From: an uncultured delta proteobacterium
GTDB taxonomy: Bacteria; Myxococcota_A; Polyangia; Polyangiales; Polyangiaceae
Assembly: GCA_963716725.1 (NCBI GenBank)
Contig: CAVQUB010000011.1
Location: 96,001 to 160,000 of the forward strand
Length of the DNA: 64,000 nucleotides
Reading direction: 5' to 3'
In this document: positions 19,128 to 30,301 of the stretch, piece by piece
How positions within the stretch are numbered: position 1 is the first letter of the stretch
How the letters are laid out: the number at the start of each line of letters is the position of its first letter
The notes under the pieces: generated by a model
The model's database searches: none
What the model was told of the DNA's origin: nothing
Seen by the model: only the letters and a program-made list of their open reading frames with translations
Made by a program: the position numbers and the translations under genes

Positions 19128-20915
19128 CTAGTCGCCGTATTCGGTCTCGAGGGACGGGGCTGGGATCGAGGGCATTCCGAAGGCTTGCCCGAAGGCGATG
19201 AAGAGCGCTCCGGGAAATACCAAGCCCGAGCTGGTGACGGGGACGCCATAGTCGGCTCGAAACACCGTGCGCTCGGCCTGCGGAAAGACGGTGCGCAGAC
19301 CGACGCCGACGGCGTGCTTGAGGCGCAGGTCGGAGATGCCGTCAAAGGCGTCCGCGGCGTCGTAGAACGCGGCGCCGCCGACCTGCACGCTCCAGATTTG
19401 CACTGGGCGGGTTCGAAATTCCAGGTTGCTGGCGACGACGTCCTTGCCGATGAACGCCTGGGGCGCATAGCCCCGAAGTCGGCCGTCGCCACCCACGGTC
19501 AGACGCTCGTTGAGGTAGTTCTCGTAGTGATTGACCAGGACGCCGTCGTACACGAAGCGACCGAAACCCACTCGCGGCGTCACCAGGCGGGCGCTGAGTT
19601 GCAAGGTCGCGTCGGTCGCAGCTCGAGTCGACTTTTCGATGGTGGACGAGGCGATCGCGCGGGCGATACCGCTCCCAAGGCGCACGCCGTAGCCGAGCGC
19701 GGCGTGCGTGCCCAGCATGTCGCGGGTGGACGCGACTTGGCGCGTAGCCGGGTACAAGCGCACCACGGCTTCGTGCCCCACCCGGAAATCTTCTTCGAGC
19801 CCCAACGTCTCGAAGTCGTGCACGCGGTGGTAGTCGGCAACGTAGCTCCTGAGCTGCACGAAGGGGCTCACGCGCGTGTCGGTCACGGGCAACTCGTTCG
19901 ACTCGAAGTCGGCGACCGCGCTGGGCACGTACAGGTCACTGTCGCGCAATCGATAGTGGCGACGGTCGATCTCGAGGCCCGTGGAGACGTCGTGCTTGAA
20001 ATGACTCCCGAACGAACGCGTGACCGAATAGGCAGAAAACCAGTGGGATGAGTCGTAGACGTAGGGGATCGCGTCATTGCTCTGGGTCGTCCCCGAGTCG
20101 AAGGTCCGCAGGTTCTTGCCGACGTAGTTCCGATAGATTTCGTCGTACCAGACCACCAGCGTCTTCCACGACCAATCTGAGTCGACGGAGTACTGAGGCT
20201 GACCATAGAAGAGCGTGCCGAATGACCCCTCGGGCGCGCCGGTTTCGCGGTTCACGATCAAATTACCGCTGACCACCGATTGAAGTCGGCTGCCTGCCAC
20301 CCGGCGGTCGATGTATTGCCCACCAAACGAGTAGCTGTCGAGATCGAGGATGAACAAGCCGCCGACCATCTTGTGCGTCCCGAACATGTTCTCTTCGGCC
20401 GGCTGCAGCAGCAAGCGCAAGATGGTCCCCTGGTAAATCTGCACGTTGGTATTGAGGCGCAGGCTCCACACATCCTTGGTGATGACCAGCATCCGAATCT
20501 TGTCCGGCGTACTGCCGACGAGAGGCAGCATGAGCACGACCGAGAGCTGGCGACGCTTACGCAGGTTGCGCGCCGATTCTTCGACCAGACGCGTCTGGTA
20601 TTTCTGGCCTTCGCTGAAGAGCAACTCGCTCCGGATGACGCCCTTTCGCGTCGTCGCGTGGAACGTGTTGAAGAAGCCCGGAACTGGGTCGCGATCTTCG
20701 ATGACCTCGAGCGTGATGATCTCGATGCTCTCGATTTGCTTGCCGTCGGGCTTTGGCTCCACGCGTCCGCCCACCTGGTCGAGGGCGGCGTCGATGGTCT
20801 CGCGCTCGTAGGCCGAGTGGCTGGGGTGGTCGGCGGCCGCGGGCTTGGCCGCGACGGCCAGCACGGCCGCGACGGCCAGCACGGCCGCGGCGCGACGCCC
20901 GCGGCTCAAATCCAC
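19128..20915 (-). CDS. Omp85/BamA-like outer membrane protein (one POTRA-like domain + beta-barrel)
   Basis: TRKGVIRSELLFSEG (POTRA), EENMFGT, GGDGRLRGY (loop 6 motif), VGVGLR, IAFGQAF; start position uncertain. Confidence 0.75.
   Translation of the reverse strand: MDLSRGRRAAAVLAVAAVLAVAAKPAAADHPSHSAYERETIDAALDQVGGRVEPKPDGKQIESIEIITLEVIEDRDPVPGFFNTFHATTRKGVIRSELLFSEGQKYQTRLVEESARNLRKRRQLSVVLMLPLVGSTPDKIRMLVITKDVWSLRLNTNVQIYQGTILRLLLQPAEENMFGTHKMVGGLFILDLDSYSFGGQYIDRRVAGSRLQSVVSGNLIVNRETGAPEGSFGTLFYGQPQYSVDSDWSWKTLVVWYDEIYRNYVGKNLRTFDSGTTQSNDAIPYVYDSSHWFSAYSVTRSFGSHFKHDVSTGLEIDRRHYRLRDSDLYVPSAVADFESNELPVTDTRVSPFVQLRSYVADYHRVHDFETLGLEEDFRVGHEAVVRLYPATRQVASTRDMLGTHAALGYGVRLGSGIARAIASSTIEKSTRAATDATLQLSARLVTPRVGFGRFVYDGVLVNHYENYLNERLTVGGDGRLRGYAPQAFIGKDVVASNLEFRTRPVQIWSVQVGGAAFYDAADAFDGISDLRLKHAVGVGLRTVFPQAERTVFRADYGVPVTSSGLVFPGALFIAFGQAFGMPSIPAPSLETEYGD
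20847..20889. repeat. 18-bp perfect tandem repeat in the signal-peptide codons of the Omp85 gene
   Basis: gcgacggccagcacggcc at 20851-20868 and 20869-20886 plus partial flanks; encodes AVLAVA twice. Confidence 0.85.
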
Positions 20916-21062
20916 GTCCGTTCCGCCCGGGCCGCCGACCGATCGCGGTCGCAGGAGTGCTCGTTCACGGGATCAACTGCCGTCCGGAAGCCAGACATGG
21001 AAGAGCGTCGGTTTTAGCAGAGTCGCGGCCTCCACTGTTGTGCGATCATTGCGCCGGAGTTC

Positions 21063-21656
21063 ATGTCCAGCGCACGCGGAACGACCACGGCGATCGTCAT
21101 CGGCGCGTGCGCGGGGACGTTGGCGGCGTTCATGGCAGGCGGGCCCCATCAGGTTCGCGTGATCGACGACCCCAGACCGCTGGCGCGGGCACCCGAGTCG
21201 CCGTCCCCGAATCGAGAACCCGCTGTGCCGTCGGCACCGTCGGCGGCGGCGGCGACCGCGACAGTTGCCGCGCCCAGCGCGACCGCAGCGCCGCTCGCGC
21301 CGCGCTCCGGCTCGAACGAACTCGATCAGCTCCCGGTGGCCGAGCTGGAGAAGCGTTGCGCGTATCGCCAACCCGCTTCTTGTTCAGCCAGCGCCCGCGC
21401 GTTTGCTAGCGGGCGTGGAGCGCCGGCAGACGCTGCGAAGGCACGGGTGTACCGAGCGCTGGCCGTGACCTTGCTCGACGAACGCTGCCTCGCGCGCGAC
21501 GCCGAGTCGTGCCACGACCTCGCCGTCCTCTACGAGCAGGGCACGGGCGTCGAGCAGAACGCCGACACAGCCGCTGCCCTCCTCCAACGGGCGCGTCAGC
21601 TATGCACCGGCAAGACCTCGTCGTTTTGCGACCGGCTCGGAGCCTCGCTCAAGTAG
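21063..21656 (+). CDS. Sel1-like repeat (HcpA-type) secreted protein
   Basis: N-terminal hydrophobic segment, Pro/Ala linker, SCHDLAVLYEQGTGVEQNADTAAALLQRA with Cys pairs. Confidence 0.75.
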   Translation: MSSARGTTTAIVIGACAGTLAAFMAGGPHQVRVIDDPRPLARAPESPSPNREPAVPSAPSAAAATATVAAPSATAAPLAPRSGSNELDQLPVAELEKRCAYRQPASCSASARAFASGRGAPADAAKARVYRALAVTLLDERCLARDAESCHDLAVLYEQGTGVEQNADTAAALLQRARQLCTGKTSSFCDRLGASLK

Positions 21657-21666
21657 GCTCTCCCTC

Positions 21667-23268
21667 GTGCACCTTCACCCGACCCGCACCGCCGTCAATC
21701 TCGCCGTCGCCGGCGTGCTCGCGGTCGGCGTGGGCCTGGTGGCGCGCGAGGCGGCGGTGGTCGCTTGGGGCGGAGCGCTCTTGGTCGGGCTCGCGGTCGC
21801 TCGAGCCGTGACCGCGCTGGGCGTGTCGCGGGTGCGTGCAGCAGGCTTCGAGATGCTCTGGCGCAGCGAACCCCGCACCCGTCGTGTCGCCCGCGGCGAG
21901 ACCATCGAGCTCGAAGCCGAGGTGCGCAACCGGGACACCCGAGCGGCTCGCTACGTGGGGCTCCGGGTGGTCGCCTCCCCCAACCTCGAACTCTCGGTCG
22001 AGCCCACCGAAGGCGAGGTGCCCGCCGGTGGTCGCTTGCGCGCCATCGTGAAGGTGAAGACGCCGCGCGTTGGACGGCACGGCCTGCACGGGCTCTCGCT
22101 CGAAGTGCGAGGCAGCCCGGGCCTGTACGAGGTGCCGCTGACCTTCTCCAATCCGTTCGGGATCGAGGTTCTGCCGCGAGCCTTCGCGCTGTCGATGCGA
22201 TCGCCCCGCGGCGGGCGCAGTCGGATGGTGGCAAACGAGGGGCGTCCGGGTCCGTTCTCGGGCGACGGCATGGAGCTGCGCGAACTGCGCGAGCATCGCC
22301 CCGGCGACCCCCTCAAGCGCGTTGCTTGGAAGGCATCGGCACGCCGCGGTCAACTCATGGTGCGCGACTACGAACGCGAAGAGCGAGACGTTGTCTGGCT
22401 CTTGCTCGATGCTTCGGTGGAGCTCTGGTCGGGCGAGATCGGGCTGTCGCCGCTCGATCTCGCCATCGACGAGGTCGCCGCGGTGGCCATGCGCCACCTC
22501 GGACGCGGTGATCGCGTCGGGCTCGGCATCCTGGGCGCACGTCGGCTGGCGTGGCTCACTCCGGCGCGTGGTCCAGCGCACGGCACCGAGCTGATGATCG
22601 CGCTGGCCAACGCCACCGGCACCTACGATTCGGACCGCAGCGACCTCGACGAGGTGGACGTGGCCATGCGGGTGATCGAGCACATGCGGCCCCTCGATCC
22701 CGCGGCTGCCGCCCGGGTTCGTCCGAATGATCTCGACCGGGTGGCCCGTCGGGTGGACCGCGTGAAGGCCCGTGCGCCCTTCCCCACCGCCGCGGTCTGG
22801 GCAGAAGCCGCGCGCGATCGCGCCCTCCGGAGCTACCTGGCTGCGTTTGGCATGTCGTCGCCGCCCAGGCTCGAGGCGGAGCGCCCACGCACCGATGCCC
22901 GCCTCGCCGCGGCGCTCGAACGCGTGACCCGCGACAAGCCGAAGGCCAGCGTCGTCTACGTGTGGTCCGTCGCGCCCGACGTGGCGGCGCGCCCCGAAAT
23001 CGGCGCTGCCCTCGCGCGATTTCCCCGACGCAACATCGACTTGCGCTGGCTCTCGATGCGACTCGAGCCTGGCATCCCAAAGACCGGCTCCGAGACCATG
23101 GCGGCGGTCGGCGACGCAGTCTCCATCCGCGCCCTGGTGGCCCAGGAGCGAGGCGAGCACGAGCTCCGTCGGCAGGGCATCCGCGTCGAGCGAGCGACCT
23201 TGCGCTCGGCCTCGCTGCCGGCTCCACCCGAGTCCACGCGAGAGCCGCCCGATCCCACACATCGCTAA
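21667..23268 (+). CDS. DUF58 domain protein (MoxR-associated)
   Basis: Two N-terminal TM segments; GDGMELRELREHRPGDPLKRVAWKASARRGQLMVRDYE, LLLDAS, GDRVGL. Confidence 0.88.
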   Translation: MHLHPTRTAVNLAVAGVLAVGVGLVAREAAVVAWGGALLVGLAVARAVTALGVSRVRAAGFEMLWRSEPRTRRVARGETIELEAEVRNRDTRAARYVGLRVVASPNLELSVEPTEGEVPAGGRLRAIVKVKTPRVGRHGLHGLSLEVRGSPGLYEVPLTFSNPFGIEVLPRAFALSMRSPRGGRSRMVANEGRPGPFSGDGMELRELREHRPGDPLKRVAWKASARRGQLMVRDYEREERDVVWLLLDASVELWSGEIGLSPLDLAIDEVAAVAMRHLGRGDRVGLGILGARRLAWLTPARGPAHGTELMIALANATGTYDSDRSDLDEVDVAMRVIEHMRPLDPAAAARVRPNDLDRVARRVDRVKARAPFPTAAVWAEAARDRALRSYLAAFGMSSPPRLEAERPRTDARLAAALERVTRDKPKASVVYVWSVAPDVAARPEIGAALARFPRRNIDLRWLSMRLEPGIPKTGSETMAAVGDAVSIRALVAQERGEHELRRQGIRVERATLRSASLPAPPESTREPPDPTHR

Positions 23269-23324
23269 GTGCTTCTCGATGCCACAAAGGTGACATTAGA
23301 GGCGGGGGCCGATAGGTCCGTGCA

Positions 23325-24173
23325 GTGATGACCGAACGGGAGCACAGCCCGAAAGCCCAACTGGCCGAGCGGGGGCTCCACGCAAAGAAGCACTTCGGTC
23401 AAAACTTCCTGACCGACCCGAGCCTGGCAAGGCGCATCGCCGAGCTGGCAAGCACGCCGCCCGGCGGCACCGTCGTCGAGCTGGGCGCGGGCCTTGGCGC
23501 CCTCACTGGCCCCTTGCTGGAGCGCGCAGCCCACGTCGTCGCCATCGAGCGCGATCGGGATCTCATTCCGATGCTCGAAGCACGCTTCGCTCGAAGCGTG
23601 GCCGAGGGCAAGCTCCAGATCATCGAGGCGGATGCCAAGGGCATCGACCCCGTCGAGCTGTGCGGGGCACACCCTCGTCCTCACGTGTTGGCGGGCAACC
23701 TACCCTACAATCTCACCGGTCCCCTGTTGACCCTCGCGACCTCCGTCGCGCAAAGGCTCGAGCGCGTCGTGTACTTGGTGCAGCTCGAGGTCGCCGATCG
23801 GGTTGCCGCCCGCCCAGGCACCGACGCTTACGGCGCTCTGAGCGTGTTCGTCCAGGCGCAGTTCGCACCCCGGCGCGCGTTGGTCGTGCGGCGCGGCGCG
23901 TTTTATCCGCAACCGAACGTCGACTCGGCGGTGCTGGTCCTCGAGCCGCTGCCCACGCCGGTGACCGCCGAGACCGAGGCCTTCCGCGCGGTGGTGCGCG
24001 CCGCCTTCGCCCAACGGCGAAAGAAGCTGACCAACGCTTGGCGTGGGGTCCTGGGACAGAGCGCTGCGGCCGTCGGTGCCGCCGCCGAGCGCGCCCACAT
24101 CGATCTCAACCTGCGAGGAGAAGTCCTGGCGGTCACCGACTTCGCGACCATGGCGCGGGAGCTGGTCCAATGA
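23325..24173 (+). CDS. rsmA: 16S rRNA (adenine1518/1519-N6)-dimethyltransferase
   Basis: KKHFGQNFL, VVELGAGLGALT, AGNLPYN, QLEVADR, FYPQPNVDSAV, AFAQRRKKL. Confidence 0.95.
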   Translation: MMTEREHSPKAQLAERGLHAKKHFGQNFLTDPSLARRIAELASTPPGGTVVELGAGLGALTGPLLERAAHVVAIERDRDLIPMLEARFARSVAEGKLQIIEADAKGIDPVELCGAHPRPHVLAGNLPYNLTGPLLTLATSVAQRLERVVYLVQLEVADRVAARPGTDAYGALSVFVQAQFAPRRALVVRRGAFYPQPNVDSAVLVLEPLPTPVTAETEAFRAVVRAAFAQRRKKLTNAWRGVLGQSAAAVGAAAERAHIDLNLRGEVLAVTDFATMARELVQ

Positions 24174-24646
24174 TCGCCAGCCGGCGCGCGCTTTTCACCT
24201 GGCTCGTATGCGTCGGCGCAGCTGCGGCGTGCAACCAACCCGAAGCACCCCGCGGCCCTGTGGCCCGAGCCGAGCTCGGCGTCTTCTTCGGTGGCCAGGT
24301 GCAGGAACGCAAAGAGATCCCCTTCACCCTCGACCGCACCAAGCAGACCCAAGGCTTCCGCCTGACCTTCCACGAAGCGCTCCGAGCACCCGTCGCGGTG
24401 CGCTGGGAGATCGATCGACCTGCGCCGCGTGGACGGGGCAGAGCCGTGGAGCTCGGAGACGCCCAGGCGCGCGTCGGCATGCGGGTCTTCGACCAAGAGC
24501 TGATGATGAAACCCGGAGACCCTCCCGGCGCCTGGTCGGTCCGTGTGTTCGTCGGAGATGAAGTCGTCGTCGAACGCAGGGTCGAGATCTACGATCCTCG
24601 CACGCGGAGGCGCGACCCCGTGCTGAGCAAACGCGCGCGGCCGTAG
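24170..24646 (+). CDS. Hypothetical lipoprotein (Ig-like beta-rich)
   Basis: ATGA overlap with rsmA; lipobox AAAAC; PGDPPGAWSVRVFV. Confidence 0.7.
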   Translation: MIASRRALFTWLVCVGAAAACNQPEAPRGPVARAELGVFFGGQVQERKEIPFTLDRTKQTQGFRLTFHEALRAPVAVRWEIDRPAPRGRGRAVELGDAQARVGMRVFDQELMMKPGDPPGAWSVRVFVGDEVVVERRVEIYDPRTRRRDPVLSKRARP

Positions 24647-24705
24647 TGCCGCGCGGCTGAAGTTCGAGTGGATTCGCCCCTGAGACCCGCGCTCATTTGG
24701 GCTCT

Positions 24706-24739
24706 CACAGGAAGGGCGGAAGAGCGGAAGGAATTGGGG
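24706..24739 (+). repeat. Left inverted repeat of the GxxExxY gene
   Basis: CACAGGAAGGGCGGAAGAGCGGAAGGAATTGGGG; first 25 nt match the reverse complement of the right repeat at 22 positions. Confidence 0.85.
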
Positions 24740-25100
24740 GGTCAGGCGTGAGCCTCCGCAGGCCATTTCTGAGCGCGGTCACGTTGAAGTTGACGAGCAG
24801 GCCGACAGGCAACTGTGAAAGGCGCAGATAGGTGATGACCTGCGCTTCGTGAATCGGGAGCAGCCGCTCGACCGCCTCGAGCTCCAGGAGGATATGATCT
24901 GGAAGCGACCAGGTCGAGGCGATAGGCGCAGTCAAGGTGCACGCCTTTGTAGCGGATTGGTAGCGGTCGCTGCCGCTCGAACTCGAGCCGTCGTTCGGAC
25001 AGCTCGGCAGACAGACAGGCCTCGTATGCGGATTCCATCAGCCCTGGACCGAGATGCCGATGCACCTCGATCAGCGCACCGATCACCTCGTCCGTCCCAT

Positions 25101-25133
25101 CCCCAAATCTTCCGAGCTTTCGCCCTTCCTGTG
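25101..25133 (-). repeat. Right inverted repeat of the GxxExxY gene
   Basis: Minus strand CACAGGAAGGGCGAAAGCTCGGAAGATTTGGGG. Confidence 0.85.
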
Positions 25134-25253
25134 CCATCCCCGTGTGTGAAGCCGAACGGCTTGCCGCGGCGGACATCGAGCCCTCCCATCCAGCAGAGTG
25201 TGCCATGGCGGACGTACTCGAATTCGCGGCGGACGGGCTGTCCGCGCAGCCGC

Positions 25254-26147
25254 TCAGGAGCAGACGCGGTTCCTGCCGCTCTTCTTCGCCCGGTACATGT
25301 GCTCGTCTGCGCGACGAAACAAGTCGGGCGCGGTCGAGTCCGATTCCATCGCCTCGGCGCAGCCCACGCTCACCGAGACCGCAATGGTGGTGTTCTGAAA
25401 GACGAAGCTGTGGGCGGCGATGCGAGCCCGAAGGTTCTCGGCCAAGGACACTGCGCCTTCGAGCGTGGTCTCGGGCAAGAGCACCACGAACTCTTCACCG
25501 CCGTAGCGGGCCACCGTTTCGTCGCGCCGCACCCGCCCCTGCACCAAGCCAGCCAACTCGCGCAGCACGTGGTCCCCGGCGAGATGTCCGTACTGATCAT
25601 TGATCTTCTTGAAGTAGTCGATGTCCATCACCAGCAGCGCCAGCGGCCGGGTGTGACGGCGAGCGCGCAGGTACTCGCGCTCCAGAGTCTCGTCGAAATG
25701 CCGACGGTTGTTCACCTGCGTGAGCCCGTCGGTGATGGTGAGCTTGAAGACCTCCTCGAAGTAGGCGCTCTCGGCGTCTGCACCGGTCAGGTACTTGAAG
25801 ATTGTCGATCCGACCTTGATGCGGTCCCCGTGACCTAGCGCTGCTTCGCGGTCGAGCTCGCCCTCGTTGTGCAGCGTCCCGTTGCGCGAGCCGACGTCGA
25901 CGACGTACCAAATGTCGGCCCGCTGCTCGACTTGAGCGTGACGCCGCGACACTGCGTCGTCGTCGAGCACGACGTCGCTGTCCTGGATGCGGCCGATGGT
26001 GAGCGGGCTCTTCTCGAGCTTGAAGCGCTTGCCACGCATCGCTTCTTCTTTGGCGTAGATCACCACCAGCGAGTCGTTGCCCGGCGCCGCTGGCGGCGGG
26101 CGCTGGCCCATTTCCGTGATGACGGTCTCTTGATCGAAGTTCGCCAC
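25254..26147 (-). CDS. FHA domain + GGDEF diguanylate cyclase
   Basis: FHA: TIGR...VSRRHA...SRNGT; TDGLTQVNNRRHF, DIDYFKKINDQYGHLAGD, ARYGGEEF; GTG start inferred. Confidence 0.92.
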   Translation of the reverse strand: MANFDQETVITEMGQRPPPAAPGNDSLVVIYAKEEAMRGKRFKLEKSPLTIGRIQDSDVVLDDDAVSRRHAQVEQRADIWYVVDVGSRNGTLHNEGELDREAALGHGDRIKVGSTIFKYLTGADAESAYFEEVFKLTITDGLTQVNNRRHFDETLEREYLRARRHTRPLALLVMDIDYFKKINDQYGHLAGDHVLRELAGLVQGRVRRDETVARYGGEEFVVLLPETTLEGAVSLAENLRARIAAHSFVFQNTTIAVSVSVGCAEAMESDSTAPDLFRRADEHMYRAKKSGRNRVCS

Positions 26148-26157
26148 GCCGGTGCCG

Positions 26158-26847
26158 CTACTTGCGAGTACCCTCGAAGCGATAGTGGAGGCTACCGCTG
26201 ATCGCGGCCTCGGTGCCTCCACCAACCTGGATCTCGAAGTCGGCATCGACCACCAGCTTCTTGTCCTCGAAGGTCGCGGTGCCGCGGGTGAGGGTGCCAC
26301 TCATGCCGGCCCCATCGGCGCCCCAGCACTTCTGGCCAGCGCTGAAGGTCGCGGTCTTGCCGGCGGACTTGGCCTTGAGCGTGCAGATGTCCTTGCCGGT
26401 GCCGCTGTCCACGAAGATCACGGAGATCTCGGGGCCGCCGCCTTCGACGCGCGTGCGCGCCTTGTCGTCGTTCTCGGCGCGCTCCATGCCGTCCATCTTG
26501 TAGGTCGAAGTGTCGCTGCCGATGTACTCGCCGGCGTACACCACGACCGCCGCTGGTTTGGCCCCGGGCGTCTTGGGAACGGGCGCGCCGGGCTTCGCAG
26601 CCTCGGCGGTGGTCGCCGCCGGAGGCGGCTCCGTCGCAGGACGCGGCCCCGATGGCTTCGGAGCTTGCCCGCCGACACTCGCCTTGGGCGCGGCCTTGGC
26701 CTCGGCGGCGAGGACCTGTTCGCGCTTCGCCCGTGCCAGCGCCTCGGCCTTGAACAGCGGGCCTTCGCCGAGGGGCCTGGCACTCGGCAGCGGCGCCGCG
26801 CAGGCCAGCGCAAGCCACGGGACGAGCCAGAGCGATGCCGTGCGCAT
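26158..26847 (-). CDS. Hypothetical lipoprotein
   Basis: Lipobox LALAC, Pro/Ala linker, beta-rich C-terminal domain with a Cys pair. Confidence 0.7.
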   Translation of the reverse strand: MRTASLWLVPWLALACAAPLPSARPLGEGPLFKAEALARAKREQVLAAEAKAAPKASVGGQAPKPSGPRPATEPPPAATTAEAAKPGAPVPKTPGAKPAAVVVYAGEYIGSDTSTYKMDGMERAENDDKARTRVEGGGPEISVIFVDSGTGKDICTLKAKSAGKTATFSAGQKCWGADGAGMSGTLTRGTATFEDKKLVVDADFEIQVGGGTEAAISGSLHYRFEGTRK

Positions 26848-26894
26848 ACCGGACCTAAACCACGGGTCGGGGCCCGGAGCAAATCCGGAAACGG

Positions 26895-27446
26895 TCAGCC
26901 TTCGCGCTCGTGCTTCGCGTCCGCGGCCGCTTCTTCGTCCACGATGGCGTCGGCCAGCGGGATGCTCTCGTCCAGGTAGCTCTGGTGCGGAACGAGCTGG
27001 AACTCTTGAAAGGTGCGGATGGTGGCTGCCGGGGGATCTCCGTACAACTCCAGCTGCACGGCTGCCCAGAGCTCTTTGGTGATGAGAGCGGCATGCTCGG
27101 GAGTGCCCGGCTCCCCCGAGTACTGATCCAGCTCCTCGTCGGCCTCTTTGAGCTCGAGCCGCGCCCGCACCGGATCGACGTCTTGCTTGCGAATGAAACG
27201 ATCGGTGAGCAGTACCGCGCGATCGTCCGCAACGTCGATGAAACCCGAGCCGACCGCCACCCAGTGCTCTTCACCTTCGCGGTGGTAGCTGACGATCCCG
27301 GTCTTGAGTGCCGCCAAGAGCGGCCGGTGAGCTGGGAGCACCCCGAACTCGCCTTCGACGCTGGGCGCCGTGAGATCGTGGACCTCTTCGCTGAGAGCCA
27401 CGCCCTCGGGCGTGACGATTTCTAGGGAAATGGTGTGAGCTGCCAT
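26895..27446 (-). CDS. atpC: ATP synthase F1 epsilon subunit with C-terminal extension
   Basis: LEIVTPEG, APSVEGEFGVLPAHRPLLAALKTG, AVGSGFIDV; directly downstream of atpD. Confidence 0.9.
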   Translation of the reverse strand: MAAHTISLEIVTPEGVALSEEVHDLTAPSVEGEFGVLPAHRPLLAALKTGIVSYHREGEEHWVAVGSGFIDVADDRAVLLTDRFIRKQDVDPVRARLELKEADEELDQYSGEPGTPEHAALITKELWAAVQLELYGDPPAATIRTFQEFQLVPHQSYLDESIPLADAIVDEEAAADAKHEREG

Positions 27447-27460
27447 GACGCCCGCGTGGA

Positions 27461-30197
<2,737 letters not shown>

Positions 30198-30301
30198 GGC
30201 AGCCTCCAAGCTACACTATCCCACCTCGGATTACACAGCTCTAAATGCTTGGAACCAAAGAAGTTATACTGCCAGGCGGAAAGATTTCAGTCAGAGCGGC
30301 G

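Larger units (their letters stand above)
24705..25137 (-). pseudogene. GxxExxY protein (PD-(D/E)XK nuclease-like family), frameshifted at 24900-24903
   Basis: VIGALIEVHRHLGPGLMESAYEACL, RQRPLPIRYKG, YRLDLV, then after a +1 shift ILLELEAV, HEAQVITYLRLS, GLLVNF; the usual ELKAV reads ELEAV. Confidence 0.85.

Noticed and set aside
24659..25225. Possible outer inverted repeat around the GxxExxY unit (24659-24678 vs 25207-25225)
   Set aside because: Only about 15/20 with a gap, and no target-site duplication is visible; may be chance.
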